Shown here piece after piece: positions 27,040-37,100 of a DNA stretch of 51,924 nucleotides. The notes beneath the pieces were generated by a model that was not told the DNA's origin, ran no database searches, and saw nothing but the letters and a program-made list of their open reading frames with translations. This DNA comes from Catajapyx aquilonaris. Taxonomy: Eukaryota. The number at the start of each line of letters is the position of its first letter. Position 1 is the first letter of the stretch. The position numbers were made by a program, and so were the translations under genes. The stretch covers positions 1-51,924 of the forward strand of contig KZ538714.1 in assembly GCA_000934665.2 (NCBI GenBank), read 5' to 3'.

Positions 27040-27225
27040 ATTCCGCACTACGTTTCAATGATTCTATTCCGCTCAGACACGGATATACACTGCGCCCCCC
27101 ACCACCATACACCATCCTGCTCAGCCCCGACGCCCCCCATCCCCCGCCACACTGTCGGTCCCTTCGTTCCCCTCATTCATCTGTTCCGATCTGTTCCTTC
27201 TCTTTTCGATCAATTACGCACAATG
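27040..27225. promoter_or_regulatory. Probable bidirectional promoter between USP31 and CMAS
   Basis: Head-to-head gene layout; locally C-rich with retained CpGs inside otherwise CpG-poor DNA. TSSs cannot be determined. Confidence 0.5.
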
Positions 27226-27832
27226 CTTACTTTTTTACTATTATGTTTTAAGTGCATATTTTATATGCCCAATAAAATGTGAATGCGTATTTCATATTAC
27301 GAAAAAGTGTGATATGTGTGGTCAGTTCAGGATGGGCACCCGAATGTATCTTTGCAAATGGTGGAATAAGGTGTTGGCTCTTTGGCCTGTGTCTGGTTGT
27401 CATGTTGCATGCATAAGTATTCTGGAGCTCACAAATTGCAACACTTGGTCACAGGCCAATACCATTATCCCTGTCGATCATTTGCTTATGCAGTATCATT
27501 TTTATATGTGGGAACCCTTTGATATGATGGTAGTTTTTAGCATTGTGAGAAAATAGTAAAAGCATTGGACTTGACATTCCGTAGTTGCTTGGCAGAAGCT
27601 GTGAAATGCGTCTCAGTGTTGAAATGCATAGATGTAACATGTAAGGCATGCTCATGTCTGTACAGTGCAACCTGTATGTAGATGAATCGCTCTATTTGAT
27701 TTAATTTTTCTGTATTGATCAAGTTGCCATAGAAAATTATTTAAAAACATCAACCAGGACCAAGCAAAAATTCTAAATTGGACAGGTTTCCACGTCTGAT
27801 TACACGACGAGTGCACAACAGCATTACAATTA

Positions 27833-28250
27833 CAGTAAAACTTCTACAAGTCGAATCTCCATGGGACCGGAAAAAAACTTCGAGTTAGAGAAGTTTGGCT
27901 TTTTTAAAGCACAGAACTCTATAAGGAAGTCTACCTTCATATCCAGCGCTGAAAGGTGTTCAAAATTTTAAAATAACTAGGTCACTATCACACAATGTTC
28001 TTCGTTGGTTTGGTGTATTTAAAAAACTCCGTTATGGACATTTGCCTACGCTTAGATTCAAGGATTCAATTGTCACAATCGAGTCAAACACTCCTTTCGG
28101 TACATCTGGCTGAATTCACCAAAATTCACATGATTGGAAGAAGTTGAATTCACTTGATGATATAAACCAGACCTTCCCCGGGTCAGTGGATCAATCCTTT
28201 GAAAAGTAACCTTTTCACACACTACTCCTTTCATTTTCACTTTTCTTGTC
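27833..28250 (-). mobile_element. Tigger/pogo-like DNA transposon 3' remnant
   Basis: TA-CAGTAAAACTTCTACAAGTCGAA terminus at 27833. The - strand reads PDVPKGVFDSIVTIES then (frameshift) ESKRRQMSITEFFK, resembling the Tigger C-terminal KQxxITDFF motif. Confidence 0.55.
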
Positions 28251-28933
28251 AAAAGTTTATATTTGAGCAGCTCTTCCGAAGACCAGTTCAGATGGTGTAT
28301 TGTGCTGCACAGGCAGGAATGAATTTCCTAATCCAAGTGAACTGGTGCAAGCAAGTCTTCCTTGATGAGTTCAGAGAATATATTTCCTGTGGCAATAATG
28401 GGCCCAGGAAATGCTGAGTCAAGGCACACATAGCTTGGCAGCCACTACACTCAGAGGGCGAGTAAAATTCCAAGTCTACGGGAAGGAAAGAAAAGGTCAT
28501 CAGTAACCATAATCATCATAATTGCTGGAATGAAAAGATTAAGCAAATAATGGAAGTGCACATTAACCTAATAAAATGTTGTGTTACAGTAACAACTAGT
28601 ACCCATTGTCCCCACATCTGGGACAGAAAGTTCAGGCAAGCTGATCCTACGGAAACCATCCCTGAATATTGTCCCAGACAGACAAAAAGGGAAACCACAG
28701 AAAGTTGTAGTCAGAATGGTCAACACTACCTGCATGAGAGCTTGATCCATAATAATCAATGGACTAGATAGCCTCAGTTATTGAAACACTATCATTTCTA
28801 TTGCTGTGTTGCATTGTTGTGCATGAGATGCTGTAAGTGTTCTTGCAGAAGATGTTTCTGATAACATGTCCAAAATATTTAACAGAGTCTACCATTAACA
28901 CTATGCAATAACTTGCAATGATCCACAGTCACC

Positions 28934-29063
28934 ATGCATTCAGCAGGTTTAATTCTTGCAAGAGGTGGCAGCAAAGCAATACCAAAAAAAAACATTGCAT
29001 GTGTAGGTGGAAAGCCATTACTTCTCTGGGCACTAAATGAGATGCAGAAATTATCTAAAATCA
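28934..29063 (+). CDS. CMAS: CMAS coding exon 1
   Basis: accATG MHSAGLILARGGSKAIPKKNIACVGGKPLLLWALNEMQKLSKI; donor A|GTGAGT. Confidence 0.88.
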
Positions 29064-32000
29064 GTGAGTGCTGAAATTGGACCAGCATTTGAACATCTCC
29101 AACAACAATCTGTTTTTCTCACTTAGGGTTAGACTCAATTTGGGTGTCAACTGATGATGAAGAAATTGCTGCTGTTGCTTTGGAAGCAGGGGTACAAGTC
29201 CACCATCGTAGCCATGCATCTGCGGCAGATGAAACTCCATCTATTGTAGCAGTGCAAGAGTGGTTAACATATCATCCTGGTTGATATCACAAGAATGATG
29301 TATTATATTAGCAGCAGAGTGTAACTACCTATAATTACAGATGTGGATGTCATTGCACTGGTCCAATGCACCTCACCACTCTTGAAAAGCAAGTATTTGG
29401 ATGCAGCTTTTCAACTTATAGGACGTGGCTATGACTCTGTTTTTTCTGTCACCCGGCATCACTTGTTACGCTGGAAGGAAGTTAGGCAAGGTTAGCCCAC
29501 TCATTCATTTTTGTGAAATTGGGACAAAATTGACAGCCTTTTTGGCATGCAGATGAAAGCACAGTGGCACTCAACTTTGACCCACTGCATCGTCCACAGA
29601 GACAGGAGTGGAGTGGAGAACTGGTGGAAAATGGAATGTTTTACATCACAAAAGCACAATTGGTGAAGGAAGGTCTTCTCCAAGGTGGAATGTAAGAGAA
29701 CTGAATATGCTATGAAATAATCCACAAAAATAATATAATGTGAAGCATATAAGAATATATTATCTCAAGGCTAGTTTCAGTGGAAGTTCAGTGCACTCCT
29801 GACAGTAACGGACTTATTATGGTTTATTTATTTTCTTCATATAGTTTCACTAATTTATAATCATCCACGCATTCCCCCTAGTGATAATAATTCATGTAAA
29901 AAAATGTCTTATTTTTGTGGAATTAGACTCTCCCTGGGACCAGTGAATTTTTCAGAATCAAAAAAGTATTGTCAACATCACATGCCATAATCAGAAAATG
30001 CTACAGGGAAGCAACTTAAGCAGAAGTTAATTTTGGCTGGCATAGGTCTAATCAGCCCCTTGCAACTCCCAGTCTAGTGTTATCGTGACGGTAGCGCACT
30101 TAGAGAGTCTCCACCACCCCGTATTGGCGCTGACAGTGCTCCAAAGGCATCTTACAATTCCGGGTGGATGCCTTTTGAACCAACCCAAACTATCCTCTCC
30201 ACTGCAGCTGGGTCCAGAGAGCATTAGCAGACTCGCTCGCCAGCCACCCAAATCGTAAGATTCCTGTGGAGCGCCATCAATGCCAAATCCGGGGTGGTGG
30301 AGACTGTGAGTGCGCTACCGTATCATAGGAGTTGCAGGGAGCTGGGCCTAATACATATATATATTGCATTACCCCTTGGGAGTTACATCTCCTTTAGGGG
30401 GGTGGAATACCACCATCTGGCTGGACCCGGTATACTAAGATAGTATTTAGTTTGTTCCACGGGTAGGTGGGAGGGGATGTGCAAAGTGCAAGTGCAATGT
30501 CTCTAATCGTCATTTTGTGAACTCCCCCGGGTGGCTTAGTCTATCGGAAATTGCCATCCGAAATGAAGCCAGAGATGGGCTGGGCCTAATATTACACGCC
30601 AACACAGCTGCACATACGAGGGGTGTTCAAAAAAAGACGAACCTTTTCTATACAGACTCTATTGCTTAATTTGCAACATTTTAAGCACTGTCCCCTTCGA
30701 AGTAGATCCCTCTACTGGCAATAGACATTTAAAAAAAAATTCTTCCATTGTTGGAATGCTTCCTGTAATGCACTTTCTGTTGCGCAGTGCTCTTGTCACA
30801 TTGTCCTGAATTGCCTCTATGGTTCGGAAATGATGTCATTTCAAATAATTGGTTTTAAGTTTTGAATATAGCAAAAAGTCTGGTGGGGCTAAGTCCGGAG
30901 AATAAGGTAGCACAAAGGTTTGGCCTTTACAATGGTACCATACTCGACATGATTGCATTAAAATTGTGGACATACGGGTGCAGAAGTGTGTCTGATTTTG
31001 TCGCGATTTACTCGCCATGTTATTCAAATGGACTTTTCGGAAATTCGTTTTATCACTTCACCTAGCCATAAAAGCTAAAAATGGAAAAAAAGGCGATGTA
31101 GGTGCCCTGCTCCAGGTCGTCTACTATATTTTGATGCCATTTCTGTCTCGATTGAACAATTTTTGAGGCCATACGGATGCAGAAGTGTAGAAGTGTAGAA
31201 GTGCAGTAGAAAGTATTGATTGTTTAGTCCAATCAATCATCAGCAATCAAGTATATTCTGTTGTTTTTAATTTACTCCTCCCTTGGTATAGACTGAATAG
31301 ATATACAGTAATATATAATAATAATGGATACCCCATGACAGGCCTTGGGCCTCTTAGGGGATCTTCTCTTCGTGAACCATCTTTTTAATCATTGCCTTTG
31401 CTGTGATGGATTTTGATTGAGGGAGGAAACGGGAGAGAACCCATCCAAACTCGATCCACATAAGTATCCTCTGCACGACCCAGGGATCAAACTCGAGACC
31501 TTAGAGGTGGAAGGCTGTGGTGCTAACCACTCCGCCAGCACTGTGTCGCCCTGGTATAGACTGATATACATATTGTCCAGATCAATATTGTACAGTTTGT
31601 TCAGTGAAATAATGCTATGACATCCCTCACTCTAACAATGAATGACTTGCAGGTTGCCTGGTGACTTATTCCTGTCATAGCATTATTTCGCTGAACAAAC
31701 TACAGTTGTTATTGTTTGGCCATTACAATGATAACTTGTTGAATCCTCCTACACAATTGATTAAAATGGTAACGGCCAAACAGCCATTGCAATATTGATC
31801 TAGAGTTCTAGACAACATATCAGGCCATACCAAGGGAGGCAAATGGAAAACAACAGAATATGGTATATATTTCTTAGGCCAGGTTGCACTGGCTTCCTGA
31901 AAAATTTGTCTGGCTGAAGGAGAGCCAGGTAAGTTTGTTATTCATTGTTGTCAACAATTCTGTCAACAATGAATAACAAACTATCCTGGCTCTTCTTTGG

Positions 32001-33955
32001 ACAGACAAATTTTCCGGGAGCCGGTGTAACCTGGCCTAAGTCAAAGGCACAATAGCTAATATTCTTGATAATGTTACTACTTACTAGTAAGCAGCTTAGG
32101 GCCAAAAATTGGTAAGCACAGTTTTAGTTTTACCAAACTGTACAAAAATGAAAGCAAAATTCTGAAATTTTAGGACTGCAAAAATGCCGCACACGACCAG
32201 TTCTGAAAACGTGAACAAGTAAGGATGGAATTTCATGAGTATAAGTCTGATTGGTGCAACATTTTAATTAAAATCAATTTAATAATAACAAATTTCCAAC
32301 ACATCAGGTCAACCTTAACCCTTAACTACGAAGGTGGCCGAAACACATTTAACTGCATGGGTGGAACCTCTGAGCAGCTCCAACGGTATATTTAAATCTA
32401 TGCTTATCAGCTCAATTGTTATACTGGACTTTTCACATACAGAAAGTGCAGTTCAGATAATTAGGCTTCTGAAAACGTAAAAATCACATGCTGAGTCAGC
32501 ATATTCCGACAGGAAAAAAAATCATAACAAGGAACAGGTCCCACCAGGAGCCGCTCAGGGTCCACCTACGTAGTAAAGGGTGCCGTCGATTTCCCTATTC
32601 AGACGCTCTCCACGGAGATAGGGAAAACGACAGCACCCTTTACTACGTAGAGCCTGAGGGGCTCCAAGGTGGAACCTGTTCCTCGTTACGAATTTTTTTC
32701 AGCCAAAGAATGGCAACTAAAAATTTATTTTTCTTCTTTTCATGCTTAGGAAGGTTTTTCTGACAAAGTCACGGAAGGACAGGGGGAAAAAACATTTAAC
32801 CCTTAACTGGTGACCTGGAAAATCCTAACACTCACGGTGAGCTGGGGTGTTTAAAGACCCCAGGGGATTTTTAAAATATAAATTGCCTTTAATGATAAAT
32901 ATTTGCTTTTTAATTCTTTTACACAACACCTGCAACTGTTTTCTACAATTTGGTTTAATTTTCAACTCTCTAGCGGCCGTAGAACGGAATTAAAAAAATC
33001 ATATACCTAACTACAATTAAACATTTTATAACAAAAAAATTGCACCTGGGGTGTTGAAAGACCCCAGGTCACCAGTCAAGTGTTAATTAAAAAGTTACAT
33101 GCGTTTAAATAGTGGTTGGAGGCTCTCAGGCTCCACCTACATAGTTAAGGGTTAACATGGGAGACAATAAACCAGTTACGCCATGGTAACTCTGCCCCAT
33201 GTGTGAGGGTCACAAATACGTCTTGAAACTTACCATCTCTACTTATTAATTTGATTTAGGCGAATCTAGGCATTGATGGAGTTCTGACTGAGATAAAGTG
33301 CGAAAACAATTTGCAAAAGTGAGTTTTCATGAAAACTTTAAGACTCACTAATGTACTAACTTATAGCTTCTATAGCAAATACAATGTGCCCCCATGTTCC
33401 TACAGGATATGCCACCTATGAAACAGGTTGCCTTCAAGCGTGACCGAAACAAATTCACAAGTCAGCTGACCCCATTGACCAGGCATAGAATATTACCTAA
33501 AAAAGAAATAAAAATGGCCACACGCTTCAAACAAGAGCCGGTTACAATTAGTGTACTTGAGGACAAATTAGGTATTCCAATTTAAGAGCGATAGCCTGGG
33601 CATGCATACTCAAGGTTGGTAATGAGGCGTGCCGTAATGGGGAAATATGGCGGAGGAATCTGGGCGTCGTCAGGGGAGTGAGGGGGTGGAGGGGTGATAA
33701 CTGTCAGCCGAGTCTGCCGGCGAGAACAAATCCTTGTCTCTTCTTCCCTTCTACAAATACGGTTGTGCATTGGCAAACGTTTCACAATGTGTGTGCATTT
33801 TTTTCCTTTCACTTCTTCGAGAATAACATGCTAGGAATTGTCTTCCCAGGTGTGCTTACGTTGAAATACCAAAAGAACTGAGCCTGGATGTGGACAGTCC
33901 CTTGGATTTGGAAATCGCAGAACTTCAACTACGCCGGCGCCATGACACCCTCTAA
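28934..33955 (+). CDS. CMAS: N-acylneuraminate cytidylyltransferase (CMP-sialic acid synthetase), join(28934-29063,29127-29279,29341-29490,29553-29691,33850-33955), 225 aa; 5' end may extend
   Basis: Motifs LILARGGSKAIPKKNI, WVSTDD, QCTSP, YDSVFSV, RPQRQEWSGELVENG and LDVDSPLDL. All introns are GT-AG and phase-consistent (678 nt = 226 codons including TAA). No C-terminal HAD-like domain. Confidence 0.93.
29127..29279 (+). CDS. CMAS: CMAS coding exon 2
   Basis: RLDSIWVSTDDEEIAAVALEAGVQVHHRSHASAADETPSIVAVQEWLTYHP; acceptor TTAG|, donor G|GTTGAT. Confidence 0.92.
29341..29490 (+). CDS. CMAS: CMAS coding exon 3
   Basis: DVDVIALVQCTSPLLKSKYLDAAFQLIGRGYDSVFSVTRHHLLRWKEVRQ; acceptor ACAG|, donor G|GTTAGC. 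Confidence 0.92.
29553..29691 (+). CDS. CMAS: CMAS coding exon 4
   Basis: DESTVALNFDPLHRPQRQEWSGELVENGMFYITKAQLVKEGLLQGG; donor AT|GTAAGA. Confidence 0.92.
30043..30350. mobile_element. Palindromic MITE-like element (TAGG...CCTA)
   Basis: Arms TGCAACTCC...ACGGTAGCGCAC...AGTCTCCACCACCCCG versus CGGGGTGGTGGAGACT...GTGCGCTACCGT...GGAGTTGCA. Confidence 0.7.
30354..30578 (-). mobile_element. 5'-truncated SINE (family A core) with 13-bp TSD
   Basis: Core GGAGGGGATGTGCAA...CATTTTGTGAACTCCCCCG...GAAGCCAGAGATG shared with copies near 36775 and 48795. TSD GCTGGGCCTAATA at 30341-30353 and 30579-30591. Confidence 0.75.
30617..30920 (-). mobile_element. mariner transposon 3' remnant
   Basis: TA-CGAGGGGTGTTCAAAAAAA terminus; the - strand encodes LPYSPDLAPPDFLLYSKLK (mariner YSPDLAP motif). 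Confidence 0.8.
31253..31861. mobile_element. Fold-back element interrupted by a SINE
   Basis: Outer arms ATATTCTGTTGTTTT...CTCCCTTGGTAT versus ATACCAAGGGAG...AAAACAACAGAATAT; inner arms AGTTTGTTCAGTGAAATAATGCTATGACA versus TGTCATAGCATTATTTCGCTGAACAAACT. Confidence 0.7.
31297..31551 (-). mobile_element. tRNA-derived SINE (family B), full length, 13-bp TSD
   Basis: On - strand: A box TGGCGGAGTGG, B box GAGTTTGATCCC, AT-rich tail. TSD TGGTATAGACTGA at 31284-31296 and 31552-31564. Confidence 0.85.
31877..32036. mobile_element. PIF/Harbinger-like palindromic MITE
   Basis: TTA-GGCCAGGTTGCACTGGCT ... AGCCGGTGTAACCTGGCC-TAA; nearly fully self-complementary. Confidence 0.75.
32513..32700. mobile_element. 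Nested palindromic element, superfamily unclear
   Basis: Arms GAAAAAAAATCATAACAAGGAACAGG...CTACGTAGTAAAGGGTGC versus GCACCCTTTACTACGTAG...CCTGTTCCTCGTTACGAATTTTTTTC. Confidence 0.7.
32800..33082. mobile_element. Nested piggyBac-type MITE
   Basis: TTAA-CCCTTAACTGGTGACCTGG ... CCAGGTCACCAGTCAAGTG-TTAA; internal CTGGGGTGTT-AAAGACCCCAG repeats. Confidence 0.8.
33850..33955 (+). CDS. CMAS: CMAS last coding exon
   Basis: Acceptor TCTTCCCAG|G, phase 2; MCAYVEIPKELSLDVDSPLDLEIAELQLRRRHDTL*. Confidence 0.9.
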
Positions 33956-34096
33956 GAAGCATTCGGATAGCTGTTTCAACATCATACCACTGTTCATTTT
34001 TGTCATACATAACTAATATGTTTATTTCATTATTTATGCCTGTAGTAAAATATACACAATTTATATCCACGAAATACATGTGTAAAATTGTAAAAC

Positions 34097-34102
34097 AATA
34101 AA
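34097..34102 (+). terminator. Candidate CMAS polyadenylation signal AATAAA
   Basis: First AATAAA after the CMAS stop codon, 141 nt downstream of it. Confidence 0.5.
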
Positions 34103-34164
34103 TTTTTCCCTGGATAATGCATTCCATTCGTTCCTGTCATCAAATCATATGGCATAACTCCAAA

Positions 34165-34186
34165 ATGGCGACCGAGTTATCGTTCG
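34165..34186 (+). CDS. SNX8: SNX8 exon 1
   Basis: caaaATGGCG MATELSF; donor G|GTAAGA. Confidence 0.85.
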
Positions 34187-37100
34187 GTAAGAACTTACGC
34201 CTCCCCATGTAACTTTACATAATCCTTCTTTATTATTTCCTTATTGCGTGTAAACTCTGCAGAAGACAATGATAATAGTATTTGGTTTTGATAAGGTTAC
34301 TACTTTCACGGTTATATGCTGAGATGATCCATTATCTAAAAAAAGGCATTGAAAGAAATATGGAGGTGTTAATGTAGAGTACATGTGACGTCAATTTCAG
34401 GATCAGTACCGCAGTTCTACCGGGAAGTATACGATTTGGTCTGCCCTGACTCTTCTGAAAGCCACATCACACGCGATCTGTTTGTGAAACTCCTGACGAA
34501 ATCTAGTCTTTCAACCCAGACGCTGAGTGTGGTAAGTTTTGTTGGTCACATAAATTCAGGTATATGTACTGTACAGGGTGGGGCAAAAGTCATGGGCGAA
34601 GTAAAAAGACGTAGCATGGCGTAAGTAACGAACAATTATATTTAAAAAAATTTACACTACACTGAGAAAGATACGCCATTTATGGATCGAGGTCCAAAAA
34701 AGTCACTTTTTGAAAACAACAACGGATAGATGTCCGCCTTTGCGGGCAACACATTATTCCTCCAAGCGCTGGACAAAACCCTTCATAACACGCTCCAGCA
34801 TGTCCAGGGGAATGTTTCTCATGGCGTGTCTTATCTGATCCTCTTTCTGATCTGATCTGATCAGCCAATGACTGAGGACATGTGGCAAACACCAAACAAA
34901 TTAAAAGTCAAGTGTTTCCTGGGTGGGTCATTTCGAGATTTGGGGACATTTAATGGCAGCCGCGGTCGCCGGATTCGACCACCCCCGACTTCTACTTATG
35001 GGGGTAACTGAAGAGTTTGGTGTTCGCCACATGTCCTCAGTCATTGGCGGATCAGATAAAAGATCAGATTGAGGATCAGATAAGACACGCCATGAAAAAC
35101 ATTCCCCTGGACATGCTGGAGCGCGTTATGAAGGGTTTTGTCCAGCGCTTGGAGGAATAATGTGTTGCCCGCAAAGGTGGACATCTATCCGGTGTTGTTT
35201 TCAAAAAGTGACTTTTTTGGACCTCGGTCCATAAATGGCATATCTTTCTCAGTGTAGTGTAATTTTTTTTAAATATAATTGTTCGTTACTTACGCCATGC
35301 TGCGTCTTTTTAATCCGCCCATGACTTTTGCCCCACCATGTATATTACTTTAAGGCCAATTTTATGTAATAAGCTTTGGGAATATCCAGCCTGATTTTAA
35401 AGGTGATGTGTTTACACTGCACGGATAGACAAGGGGGAGGCAAGGTGCTAATGTGATGGAGATTCAAGATGACCTGTTTACGCCATGATGCGGCCGGGCA
35501 ATATAGTGGGAATTTTTTCAACAATTTTCAGCAACATGGACTTGCTTGATATAATTTAAAGTTTCCTGCCAGTTGATGGCTTGCCAGAATGCCTGGTCAC
35601 AGTCAACTGATATATGGCCATATTTTTAATGACTATCCCAGTCTTTTAGTTGTGTTACCCCCATATCTTCATCCCAAAAGCCTGTTAAATATTTCTGATT
35701 GCTTCAGTCAGGGTATCGGTGGGGAAAACTTGATGTAGTAACTTTGCTAAACATGTTGGGTCATTGTGGCTCGAGAAGGAAATGTGACGAACATGGTGTA
35801 TAAAACAGCTGTTTGCACACAACTAACAACCAAAGTAACTCTTCTTACCCTCCTGAATTTTGAAAATTTTTGAATTTTCTAATTCTGCTCGGCCTATAGT
35901 GTTGAGAAAACATCACCTCCGCTGCTAATTTCCACGTTAGCAGGGTGAAAATACAGCCAAAAGGCGACTCTGTTCCAAAGCCACAACACCTGCATCTGGT
36001 TGCGAGTCCCGGCTGCCGGGTCGCGGTCACCTTTCATCGCGTCTGTAGCACTCTCCAGTGCCGTGAAGGAGAAGGGTCATCTCGCACGCTTTGAAGTTGA
36101 AGGCGATTATAATAATGGAGAGCCAGGACTCTCAAGGCTCTCCATTATTATAATCGCCTTCGACTTCAAAGCGTGCGAGATGACCCTTCGGGGCACTGGA
36201 GAGTGCTACAGACGCGGTGAAATGCGACCGCGACCGGGAAGCCGGACTGGCGACCGGATACAGGTGTTGTGGCTTCAGAACATCGCCTTTTGGCTGTATT
36301 TTCACCCTGCTAACGTGGAAATTAGCAGTGGAGGTGATGTTTTTTCTCAACACTGTAAGCCAGCAGTTCTCAAACTTTGGCACATCGAGCCGAGCTGCAC
36401 ATTTGGCTTTTAGAACTGCACGAATTGTGTAGAACTGCACGCTACAGTAAGCCCTGAGAAGTAGTTCTTACCTAATCAGTGCGACTTTTGTCCTGTTTCG
36501 AGTCACATAATTTTTGGATTCGCTCTGTCCCTTCCCTGCTACCCCTTTGCGCCCCCCCAGGGGGCGCGCCCGACAGTTTGAGAACTGCTGATGTAGGTCA
36601 AGCAGAATTAGAAAATCCAAATAATTTCAAAATTCAGGAGGGTAAGAAGAGTTACTTTGGTTGTAAGTTAAATAGTGGGTAGTGCTTTCACCCTTTATTG
36701 ATCTTAATGTACAGTTTTTGTACATGAACAACGAACCTTTGTATGAAATGCCAGGGTCCATGGGCAGGGTGACTGGGAGGGGATGTGCAAGGTGCAGTGC
36801 CATGTCATTGCTGTGGTCATTTTGTGAACTCCCCCGAGTGGTTAGTCTAACGGAAATCCCACCCGAGACGAAGCCAGAGATGACCCCAAGCTCTGCACGA
36901 GGTGAGGGGGGAGAATACCGGGACTTTTTTTTGGGATCGAACCCGGATCCTTACATCCGTGGGCACATACATTACTGCAGCACCACTCCGCCTCCCCATC
37001 ACACAACTAAGTTGCTTGATAGTACTGGAAAAATTTATGAATGTGCACTAACAAGGGAACGGTCAGGGTCGGGCACCTCCGATTTGGTTGAAACTTGCTT

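Larger units (their letters stand above)
32319..33151. mobile_element. piggyBac-type MITE hosting two nested elements
   Basis: TTAA-CCCTTAACTA ... TAGTTAAGGG-TTAA. Confidence 0.8.

Noticed and set aside
27223..27282. MLTFLLLCFKCIFY as the CMAS signal-peptide exon
   Set aside because: T-rich DNA gives hydrophobic peptides by chance, and I found no convincing donor in phase with a downstream acceptor.
36930..36997. SINE heads (also near 31480, 41690 and 48940) as tRNA genes
   Set aside because: A and B boxes are present, but acceptor and anticodon stems do not close, and they continue into shared bodies, two of them with clear tails and TSDs.
35816..37010. CACACAACTAA direct repeat (35816-35826 and 37000-37010) as a TSD of a 1.2-kb insertion
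   Set aside because: The left copy overlaps the palindrome arm end, so the nesting order is ambiguous and it may be chance.
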